Below, piece after piece: positions 1-25,357 of a stretch of 64,000 nt of DNA. The DNA is from Adineta vaga. Its lineage: Eukaryota > Animalia > Rotifera. The stretch lies in contig CP075496.1 of NCBI GenBank assembly GCA_021613535.1, positions 2,170,001 through 2,234,000 of the forward strand, read 5' to 3'. A model generated the notes under the pieces. That model had not been told where the DNA came from and did not search any database. It saw nothing but the letters and a program-made list of their open reading frames with translations. The position numbers were made by a program, and so were the translations under genes. Positions within the stretch are counted from its first letter, which is position 1. Each line of letters starts with the position of its first letter.

Positions 1-14950
<14,950 letters not shown>

Positions 14951-15756
14951 TGCTTCAATCTAGAAAAAGAAATATTTATGTGGTGTATGTGCTTCGTAAC
15001 GTATAAAATATATACTGATCGATCGACGAAAGTATCGCAAGCAAATAAAGAGAATGTGATGATTCATTCGATGAAAGATTTAAATTCTACTTAGAAATAT
15101 ATATAGATCTATATATGTATGTGTATAGACTTTGTTGTTCGATCAACTGAAGAAAAATAAATGCACCGAGGACGCTGACTGACGAATCGATGTCACAGCA
15201 GGCAGAAAAGAAAAACAAGAAAGAACGAAGAAAAATAAGAATTAGAAAATAGGTTTCTGTTTACATCTTCGTATGATATGAACCAAAAGAAAAATCATGC
15301 ATACGAGAGAATAAAATTTATGTGAAAATTGCTCATCGTTTTTTTTCTCGTTAGATACTTTTTTTATTTAATAAAATGATATTTTTCAAAGATATAATTA
15401 TCGCTATCAGATATCTTCATCATTCATTCTCTTTTTCTTATCAATAATAGGACTGGAGCAGAGAAGAGTCCAATGATAGAACGAATATGATGGTTGGTTG
15501 TTTAATAAAAATCAAGCGAAAAAATGTAGAGGAGGATAAAGAATATTTTCAATGAATAATAAGTTTTTTTTTCTTATCTTTCGTGATGACTAAAATCAAT
15601 TTAATATTTGTCATGAATGATATCTAGAAAACAAAACAAAGTTATTATTCTAACATCAACATTGCTTTGTTATAGGTTTTTGTATTTTTCTAACAAACAA
15701 AAGCACACTAACAGAAAACTGGTTTTGTTTTTTGATTCTAAAGAAACAATACTAGA

Positions 15757-16098
15757 CTAGAGCTGTTCTTCCGATTGTTGATTGACATTCTCGGATTTTT
15801 TGATCGATGAAGTTTCATTTCGATTAGAAGAACGTCTTCTTGATGATGATGAAGAACCTTCTTCGACACGTAAACGTTGTCCTTCAAGAATATGTTGTGG
15901 TTGAGATATTGCTGCTTCGAATGCATCTCGTTTATTGAAATCTACATAGGCAAAACCACGACTTAAACCAGTTTCATTATTGTATAATACTGTTGCTCGT
16001 GTTACATAACCAAATTGAGAAAAATAAGTTCGTAGTTCATGCGAAGATACTGTCCAAGGTAAATTTCGAATGAATACTTTATAAAGTTGCTGAGCCAT
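15757..16098 (-). CDS. SLIRP: Single-RRM RNA-binding protein, SLIRP-like (113 aa)
   Basis: RNP2 VFIRNLPWTVSSHELRTYFSQFG and RNP1 ETGLSRGFAYVDF. The LPWT and ETG..RG pattern resembles SLIRP. ATG at 16098 preferred over the low-complexity upstream extension in the ORF track. Confidence 0.7.
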   Translation of the reverse strand: MAQQLYKVFIRNLPWTVSSHELRTYFSQFGYVTRATVLYNNETGLSRGFAYVDFNKRDAFEAAISQPQHILEGQRLRVEEGSSSSSRRRSSNRNETSSIKKSENVNQQSEEQL

Positions 16099-16757
16099 GT
16101 TCAAAAAAAAGAAACTCAATTGAGATTTAATCAAATTGAATATGAAGAAGAAGAAGATATATACTAAGGTTAGCAAGAGAAAAAAAGAAAACGAATGAAT
16201 AAGCAAGGATTAAATGAATGGACAAATGCACGAACGAATAGAAAGAAAGAATAAATCATGGAGAAGATGGTTGCTTAGTTGTCGAAGAGGAAAATGGTAC
16301 GAAGAACATTTTGATTGAGAAAAAGAAAAGAAATGCCAAAACATAAAAATGATTGTTGATCTATTTAATGGATGTACGTATTTGTGAAGCCTTAAGAAAA
16401 ACACATCAAGTTTTTCAATACAGACACTTTTCATACAAAAGAAGAGAACGACATATTTTTCTCTTTGAAAATAATTAACATCTGATTATCGAAAAACTTC
16501 ATAGTTTGTTTTTTTGCCTGAAAACGTACATGGTTGAAAACTGTTTTCATTATTTAACAAAGATATACAATGAAATTTTTGTTACTTTTATTTCAACCAA
16601 CATCATAAAAAGATTTTTGGTGAATTCATTCTTTCGTAGATGATATGACTTCAATTTAAAAGTTTTTATGAATTATCATCTGTACTTATACACTGTCGAA
16701 TGATTTCTCACCATTTTGAACATAGTTAACATGTTTTATTGTATTGTAGATCAAACT

Positions 16758-17381
16758 ATGGTAGAATATGCACTTGCTGGAGATGGTGCGGGTTTATTGA
16801 TTGATCGTGATTCTTATAGAAATCGTCGATGGCCAGAAGATGGATATATTGATAGTATTTATAAACATTGCGGCTGTACGGTAATACGAAAATGTCAATT
16901 ACATGATGATCATACGACACATCATTTTCTTGTTTCTGATCCGCTTTCTGATCCATCCGATGTGATCGCATATCGAACAGAGCAACAAGCCAATCGACCA
17001 GAAACGATGGGTAACTATATTCTCTATCAAGAATTACTTGATCGATATCCTCATTATGTTCTACGTGGTACATCCAAGTCCGGTGATACATTTTATCGAC
17101 AAAAAGGTTCACGTTGGGGTTATTTACCTTCCTATCGTGTTTGTTCAAATGAATTATATGATCAACAAAAGCAATGGACTCTAAAAGAACCAACAAATGC
17201 TACTTATTCCGCGCCATCAACAATACCAGAAAATCTTGCGATTGGAGATGAAATTTCATTTGGAAGAAATAATCAACGAAGTGCTTTTCCATCATTACCA
17301 TCGCGAAGAAATCCAACGAGTAATGAATCAGCTGTGAGATCTTTTCAACGCAGTAATTATTTCTATGATCAAGCTTTGTAA
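16758..17381 (+). CDS. Uncharacterised protein (~207 aa)
   Basis: Open frame with codon usage like neighbouring genes; ATG 8 nt after a splice acceptor (ttgtag, ending 16749). No domain recognised. Confidence 0.6.
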   Translation: MVEYALAGDGAGLLIDRDSYRNRRWPEDGYIDSIYKHCGCTVIRKCQLHDDHTTHHFLVSDPLSDPSDVIAYRTEQQANRPETMGNYILYQELLDRYPHYVLRGTSKSGDTFYRQKGSRWGYLPSYRVCSNELYDQQKQWTLKEPTNATYSAPSTIPENLAIGDEISFGRNNQRSAFPSLPSRRNPTSNESAVRSFQRSNYFYDQAL

Positions 17382-17528
17382 TTGAAGATTAAATTGTTCT
17401 AACTACATTTTTTAAGATCTCTATCCTCTTTTTCCTATCTGCATGTATTCAATTCTTCCAATAACAAAAAAAACTTCATAATATTTTTAATGAAACTTTA
17501 TACTTTTTTTTCTAGATCATTGGTCATC

Positions 17529-18158
17529 ATGACCGATATGAATATAAATGGTTTCTCACCTCCTCTTGTTGATAATCGTTTTGGTTTTCAAATACCAATG
17601 ATTTATCAACAAGTAAGTGAACCATCTTTTGATTGGAGCCGATATCGTCGTAATCATCTTCAATTTGAAAAAGCTGAAAGTTTACATGATAGTCATATAT
17701 ATGATCGTCATGGTAATTCAATGGCTACACCATCACAGAATCCTTCCTCATGTTTATGTATGTTTTGTCGAAAACATTTTACTGAAGATGATCGTCCACA
17801 AGGATTACCAACAAAAGAAGATTTAAAACAACTCTTTCCAATCAATGATTTTGTTCAATCAAAAAAAACTGTAACTTATCTTTCACGACCATCGAGTGCT
17901 CCTTTTCGACAATCAACATTCTCAATTGCTAATACATCTGCTCCACGATATATTCCATCACTCAAAAATCCATCTTCATTGAATAATTTTCAACAAAAAT
18001 CTACAATTACCAGTCAATTTGGTATGAGATTAGATGCTGAACCTAATCATGATCATTCACGATTGTTTGATTTACCACGTGAACGTGATGCCATCTTTCG
18101 TAGTTTAGATGATTATTTTCATATGACATTTCCGGGTCGTCCAACAATGATTTTATAA
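17529..18158 (+). CDS. Uncharacterised protein (~209 aa) with a CxCxxC cluster
   Basis: Open frame; ATG 12 nt after a polypyrimidine-TAG acceptor (ending 17516); AATAAA at ~18218. Confidence 0.6.
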   Translation: MTDMNINGFSPPLVDNRFGFQIPMIYQQVSEPSFDWSRYRRNHLQFEKAESLHDSHIYDRHGNSMATPSQNPSSCLCMFCRKHFTEDDRPQGLPTKEDLKQLFPINDFVQSKKTVTYLSRPSSAPFRQSTFSIANTSAPRYIPSLKNPSSLNNFQQKSTITSQFGMRLDAEPNHDHSRLFDLPRERDAIFRSLDDYFHMTFPGRPTMIL

Positions 18159-18272
18159 ACATAACTTATTCTTTTTCTTAGTATTGATTTCTACACGATT
18201 ATTATGAATATTTTTCGAATAAAACGGTTTTACTCATAAGTAAATATTTACCAATTGTCAGATCGATTTTTT

Positions 18273-18475
18273 CTGCGTAACCCTATTTTTTACGTCACAC
18301 ATGATGAAATTGATATCAATGCGTCATATTACACATTGATACAGACGTAATTATGAGTAATCGAATGTATTTGAGAAGAAACGTTGATGTTTTCTGCTTC
18401 TGTAAATGACTCATCTTGGTAAAAATCGTCATGCATATGAAATTTGACAATTAGTCAAGAAATTTTCAATATAAA
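18273..18475 (+). promoter_or_regulatory. Putative promoter of the PLP-enzyme gene with clustered bZIP-type sites and a TATA box
   Basis: TTACGTCA 18290-18297, TGATGAAAT 18302-18310, TGCGTCA 18320-18326, TGAGTAA 18354-18360, TGACTCA 18407-18413, TATAAA 18470-18475; ATG at 18553. Confidence 0.35.
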
Positions 18476-20291
18476 CCCAGTGAGTAGCAGTGTAGGAAGT
18501 GTCATTGAAAAAAGTCTGGTTCTACGACTAGCAAATTATTAAATATCAAACAATGGCTGAAGCTGAAGAAATTGATCGATTACCTATCGTAACAGAAGAT
18601 GCTGATACAATTGTTACAGAATTAAACAAGTTACTCGGACGAATTGAATCAAAACTACGTGGTAATTCAACACGGGAAAGTAGAGATCATATTTCTTTAT
18701 TTCAAGTGTTACTTGGCATGCGGAAATCAATAACATCGTTATGTGATGATCTAATAAAAGATCGAATGCCTGATCCTGCTACCGTAAATATTCTCTTGAC
18801 ATTTTACAAAAAAAAAACATCTCTTTTTCGATTTTTATAGACTGTGAGTCATATGTGGCGTATAATCGAAATGTATTCTGATTCGTCAGAAACTGTTATT
18901 GAAGGAACATATTTATTGGAACGGTTTTTTAAATTAAAAATACGTTCAACGATTAAACCACGAAATTATCTACAAACAATAAAAGATTATGTTCAATGGC
19001 AACATCATACAATTCAATGTTTTGTTGAACAATTTCATGAGAAACCAAGAGACAATAGACTTGCTGAAATTATACGTTTATGGGACTGGAATAATCGAGC
19101 AAACGAAGGAATGTTTTTTGGCGGAGCTGCTCGACCACTGCATGTTAAAATAGTAACGGACTTTTCAGCATTAATGAGTATCTATTATGATAGATTATGG
19201 CCCTTATATAAAGAAAATCGAGATAAATTACCTGCAGCACTTTATACTCTTTTGCATGAAGAAAGTGAAAAATATTGGCCTGATTATGAAATTTTTCCAT
19301 GCACTGCATCACAAACTATTATTGATAAATGTTTTCAATACTTCTATTTTCAAGATCGTCATAATACCTGGTTTATTAATAGCAGTGGATCAGATTATAT
19401 TCCATTTGTAAATTCGGCGCGTGAAATATTTGCAGAAAAATTTTGTGGAGCTAATATGAGTTCACCCGATCAACATAGAGAAGAATGGATTTTGAAAAAT
19501 CTCAAAAAACGTTGTTTAGATATTTATCGTAGCGACACTAATAATGTCGTTCAAACAATTATTATACTTTTAACGTCGAAAAATCGATTTGGTTATCGTA
19601 TTGATGTTGATTATATTCATTTAAGACTTAATGCGGAATTATCGAATCATGTTAAACTTATTACAATTGTGGATGGATGTCAAGATGGTGTAGCTCATAA
19701 AAATGTTGATCTTATAGTTTATACAAAACGATTCACAACTACAGGAGCTATGGCCGTAGTAAATAAAGAATTTCTATTAAAAAATCCAATGTTACGTAAC
19801 AAGTTAACAGCTGGGGTCAATTTTCCAATTAGTATCTTAGCGCAAATATATATTAATCTTAATATGATGAATACAGGACTGGTTTATGGTATCGAAGAAC
19901 TTGTTAATTCTTCTCGATGGGATACTTGCCAATGTTCAATACGAGATGAATTAGATTCTGCTATGAATGATTTATGCAGAGATCATTCAACTGCTATGGA
20001 ATATTCATTTACAGAAGATCCTTGTGGGACTATTTTGATATTAGTTCCTGCTCATAATAAACATGTGATGGTACCGAAATTATGGGCATTTCTAAAGAAA
20101 GAAGGTCATTCTTTAGATTGTTTTGCCATGGATAATCCTTATTTACAGAGTCAGAATGGAATAAATAGTGATGATATTCGAGAATTGATTGACCTTAAAT
20201 CTATTAATGCATTGAGACAGATAGAAGCACGTTCTAGTGACTATCTAGCATGGCCATTAGTACCATATTGGGTAACAGAACCGGATGACAT

Positions 20292-20471
20292 TGTCATGGC
20301 CTTCAGCCATGATAACTCATGAGTCAAGGAATTCGTGAGTCATGTGTATATAGATCGGATGCTTTGAGTCATGTACATGTGATCACAGATAGTATATAAA
20401 AGCAGTATCTTCTACTTGTTTGTGTGTGTTCCATCTCATTCTCATCATGCAATAAACTCACTCCCCTCACA
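20292..20471 (+). repeat. 5' LTR (180 bp)
   Basis: Direct repeat of 20985-21164; contains three TGAGTCA, then TATATAAAA and AATAAA. Confidence 0.96.
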
Positions 20472-20984
20472 ATGGTGCACTGGCCGGTCTGCTGTACCAC
20501 TGAACAGCAGATCGCTTCTAACAACACAAAACACACCCGGTCAACACAGCTTATGTGTTCAAGATAACATTCCTGATCGAACTGATACTTCTCGACTACA
20601 CACAGGTTGTGGCAGCCTGTAGTCACTCATTTCCTCTCTTCTAATTATGGGTTCCTTATTTCATAACAACTCCTGTCAACCACTCAATTCGTTGCAACCT
20701 GTCTTATTCTTTTCCCCATCTTCATCAATGGTGTTTTTTTGGCCTTATCTTCCTTTTCATCACTCTGCAATTTTACATCGTTATTTTTTTGTGCTGTTTC
20801 TCTCATACATTCCGATTCATGATTTTATCTGGCGTTAATACCGTGTCATTTCTCTTCTGATGCTCAGTTCTGGACATAGTTTTCTTCACCTCTCTTTCCT
20901 GAAATGTTCTCTCATTGTTCCTTTTGTTGGTTTCCGATGTCCTTTTTTTCCCTCCTATGTCCAGCCGTGGCTTGAAGGGGGACG

Positions 20985-21164
20985 TGTCATGGCCTTCAGC
21001 CATGATAACTCATGAGTCAAGGAATTCGTGAGTCATGTGTATATAGATCGGATGCTTTGAGTCATGTACATGTGATCACAGATAGTATATAAAAGCAGTA
21101 TCTTCTACTTGTTTGTGTGTGTTCCATCTCATTCTCATCATGCAATAAACTCACTCCCCTCACA
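20985..21164 (+). repeat. 3' LTR (180 bp)
   Basis: Direct repeat of 20292-20471; preceded by the PPT and followed by the TSD. Confidence 0.96.
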
Positions 21165-21906
21165 GACATCTCATTGGAAGAACTTCACAAATATTTTGAG
21201 ACATGCCGTAATTATCATTGTTGTTTACGTATTTCAATAGGTCGCTGTGGATATCCTGGAAAACTTAAACGTCTAATAAAATTGCTTGATAATATTTTTA
21301 CAAACAATAAGCTGAATGTACCACAGGAGAGTCTTGGCATGTATACATCGCAATGGCCATCATAAAAATCAATAAACTGGGTCATGTATTAAATATTCTA
21401 CGCATCCGTCCGTCTATTTTTCTGATATTCATGAGAATGATCTGTTGCCATCATCTAATCCTATGTGTATCTCGAAGAGTCCAGTTGAATGGAATACGTC
21501 TCTGACATTGAACTTAGAGCGTATGAGGTTCAATCTCTCCTCCTCAATTCAAAAATCACACTGTTTATTTCTATTGTACTGGTGTTTATAAGTTACAAGC
21601 TGTACGTCTAAATGCACAATGTGTCTTATCAGAATGGAATGTGTATCTTTACGTTATATGGAACAAAAGGATATGCAAATCGTTCTGCTCTTTCGCTCCG
21701 CTATGCTTATGCTTGCTTTTCTCTAATTGTGCAACGTGGTAATTATAAGCTACATTGTCTCTTCAGGACTGACATGATCATAGGGTTTTAATTTCGCTAA
21801 TAAAAAAAAGTCCTATGTGTATCTACATTACTTTTTAAAAACGGAATCTCAAAAGGCATATTTATTTTAAATAAGTTTTAAAAACATATTTAATGTTCTT
21901 CTTTTT

Positions 21907-24600
21907 TTAATTGGCTTTATAAATAATCAAATACTCAGCATATGCTTGAGCATCATGATAAGTAACAAAAATATGTTGACCATCTGTAGTTGAATCATAT
22001 CCATCAGGACAAGTTTTCATCGAACTATTACCTTTCGTTGACTTACCAACTAGGACACGTACTACAAACATGCATCGTTTCCCTTTCGTATTTGGAGGAG
22101 CATATGTGTGACTATAAGATGCATTGGATGAAAAATACACACCGTTACCATAGGCCGTGCCTGTAAATGAAACAGTATCCAGATAATTAACAACCGAATA
22201 CAAGAGTAATTGTACGAACCGTTTACTCCAGAAAAATTTCGATCGAAACATTTTTTAATAATCGAATTTGCTGCAATTTCTGGACAACCATGATAGAGAA
22301 TTTTTTCTGTATTTTGGTGTAAACGTTTCTTAAAACCTTCGCTATGAGCGAAATATTGTAAATACCATTGTTCATTTTGTATTCGTTCAATTCGAACTAT
22401 TTTTGTATAGTTACCTTTAATCGTTTAATCAAATTGATTAATAATAGTCTTATATTCATTCGATGTTTGTGATACTTCGAAACGAATTTTATTTTCTTTA
22501 GATCCTACCCATGTGGTTGGTATTGAAGAAGTGGACAATATAGAAGTGACTCCTCAATAGAAATAATATCACATCGACTTTTCTTATCTTTTTATATTAT
22601 TCAGATACTATTTCTAGAAATATAACTATTGATGCGATTACGATCGTTATGATAGATCTGAACTTCGAACTACATTCTTAAACCTAATACTTCTTTTTAA
22701 AATATTTCGAATAGTCTGCATATTACGAAAGAAATATATTGCTCTCTCTCTCTACGTAACACTTCAAGTAATAAGAGAATATTCAGATCAATCAATCATA
22801 GAAGGATATGTGCTATCATTTCCTCTATAATTTTTAGTTACGATTTTCTTTTTTTAATACTTGTCGACAAAATTCATCATATAGACCTTGTTGACTGGCT
22901 TCAATGACAAACTTTACTGTCAGTGGATAATTTCGAAGAGTTAATTGATTTTTAATTTCTTTCACCATCGTTTTTACAACAACGTCAACGGAACAGCCAT
23001 GCTTTCCACATCCGATAGCTGGAAATGCGATTGAAGTGAATCTATATGATATGACGTGTACAATAACAGTCGATACTAAATCAATAAATGATAGTCGCAG
23101 TTGTGTTTCATCAGTAGTTGGTTTCCAATTGAGAAAAAAATTTTTTTACAAGATAAAGAACCTGGTATTGTTGAAATCAATACAGCATTAGGATCATTTT
23201 TCTGTTCATTCATATATTCAGTTCGAACTGCACTACCAGCTGCCCGAAAAATTCCTTCTAATAAGGCTGTTGATGATGAACTTCCAACAATAATATCTAC
23301 CTGAAACATATCTCAATGATATTATCAGTTTAGAAATAAGTTCAATGTTTACTGTTTGTTTTGTAATGTCACCTTTTTCAACAATGATATTACCTCGTCC
23401 AACTAGAACAGATGTTATATTCGCTGATTGAGAGACTATATGTGATTTTGCTGAAGCATGAATTTGTTGCTTAAACCCATCAAAGATATCAGTTCTATTC
23501 TGTTGAATAATAAATGAAACAGAAATTGGATGTGTCGGAATCTTTTGTCCATGGAAGAAAATAAACCATTTTCGAAGCTAATTGTTTGGTGGCAATAATC
23601 TCATCATTTACATTCTTTTTTTTCCTCAGTATTAAACGAAGTTTTTAGAGAGTCTCCAGCAACTTGAAAAATGTTCTCCAAGAGAAACTCTGATGTTGAA
23701 CATATTACAATAACATCACACTAAAATCACAAATACAATTCCTTTCTCATGAATATCTTTTAGATCTACTTACATTTTGCGTTGTAAAATCGCCTTTTAA
23801 AACCTCAATCGACGACACTGGACTTGTATTACCCAAAGAGGTCTGTGAATGAAATACAAGAACAGTATTTACAATTAACTATGAAGTCTTTTCTTAAATT
23901 TCTGAAAATAATTTATATGCAAAACTATTTCAAAAAATCGATACTCATTCGCATTACTTCATATAGATATTTGATTTATAAAAGATAAAACTAGAACTAG
24001 TGTACTTTCGTTTTTTCTTCTTAAATCTGAGGTATGCTGTGAATGACTTGTAAATGCATAGATAAGAACATGATGGTAGTATCGTTTAAGGGTCTTAAAT
24101 TCTGTTGGAAAAAATGGAGAGCAAACAAATGTATATCGTTTGTATGTTTAATAATGTATGAATAAATCGAAGCTACCACAAAACTAAAAACGTCGTATAA
24201 CAAGAGATCAGCTGCGGGTCCATATATATATATATCTAATCTAAGGATTATTAAGGCTTCTTATGTAAAAGTTAATATTCCATAAAATATATGAGTTTTG
24301 TGCATATACTTACAAAATCTTGAGCTGTTGTGATCTCATCAGTGTCACGTACATGAGAAGAAATTGATGAAATTATCGACAAGGATCCTAACAAACATCG
24401 ATGTGCACAATTATTTCCATTTTCAATGCTTCCATTTTTTAGAATACAACTTGATAGTACCCACTGTTAGATTTTACTTTTTCTGGATACAACACGACAA
24501 TATTCTGGCAAGTTATTTTACTACTTTGAAATAACTCGAGTTTTCATTAATAATTTTGTTACAGAAGAATGATTTCTAACTACGTCAGGTAAACTAATAT
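21907..24600 (-). pseudogene. Decayed macrodomain-PARP (PARP14/15-like mono-ADP-ribosyltransferase); 5' limit uncertain
   Basis: Catalytic exons IERIQNEQWY...ILYHG...FDRNFSGVN/GTAYGNGVYF...RVLVG...HIFVTYHDAQAYAEYLI; macro motifs KGDFTTQ, DIIVGSS, SIAFPAIGCG. In-frame TAA at 22425-22427, a 1-nt shift in the homopolymer at ~23134-23147, and a truncated upstream macro exon. Confidence 0.8.
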
Positions 24601-25357
24601 AATGTTGCATTTTTTAAAATATATGATCAATATTTACATATTTAGATGAGTAATCTTCGGAAGAAGAGAAACTTTTCTTTCTATACAGACGAATTCGTCA
24701 ATAGTAACTGGCATTTATCAGACAAGATATTTCTTTATTTTCAAAAAAAACATGCATCGTTTTGATATATTTCTTTTCTTTATTGAAATACGCTTTAACT
24801 TTTCATGAAAGCTATGGTCCATAACCAAGAAAGGTTTTCATTCATTCACTCATTCGTTTCTAAATTCAGTATTGGTTCATTCGTAATATCCACTCGAACG
24901 AATCTAACGAACCTCCGCATGAATTTTCTGTTCATTAACAAGAATACAGAAGATTTAACTTAACCGACTAAAATTCTATTCTGTTCATCTGAACTTTTGA
25001 AATTTTTCAATTGATATTCATTTAGAATGAAATTCGATTGTATGTATGAGAACTATAACAATACAATCCATAAGATCAGTTAGAAAAGAGACGCGCGAAA
25101 ACATATCCTATGTTCTGTTTGTTTGTTTATGTTCAAAAATGAGACTAATTGCTGTTCGTTGTTTTCTTCTCTTAATTGAATACCTGGATTTTCATTGTAT
25201 TTCTTTTCTCTTCTATCCAAAGAGAAAATGAATAATATAAAAAAACACGTGTTAACCTTTCCATATATTCGTTTGAGTGCATTTCTTTATTATAGATATA
25301 GTTTGAAAAGAATTTCTTAGTCTACTGTTTAATCTCTGATTCTGAAAAATCAGAAAA

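Larger units (their letters stand above)
20292..21164 (+). mobile_element. Non-autonomous LTR retroelement (TRIM), 873 bp
   Basis: Two 180-bp LTRs (20292-20471, 20985-21164; TG...CA; identical by eye), 5-bp TSD GACAT (20287-20291, 21165-21169), PBS TGGTGCACTGGCCGG at 20473-20487, PPT GAAGGGGGACG at 20974-20984, 513-bp interior without gag/pol. Confidence 0.96.
18553..21365 (+). pseudogene. Divergent PLP-dependent fold-type-I (aminotransferase class V-like) enzyme gene, this allele disrupted by a TRIM insertion
   Basis: Exon 1 18553-18783, intron 18784-18840, long exon 2. Removing 20292-21169 restores the frame ...WVTEPDD-ISLEELHKYF...CLRISIGRCG...QWPS* (stop 21365). Ordered class V-like motifs: FFGGAARP, IFPCTASQ, SDYIP, KNRFG, IVDGCQ, DLIVYTK, LRISIG. 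Confidence 0.7.

Noticed and set aside
20369-21003. Short ORFs (63-85 aa) inside the TRIM
   Set aside because: No gag, pol or env motifs; low-complexity pyrimidine-rich sequence.
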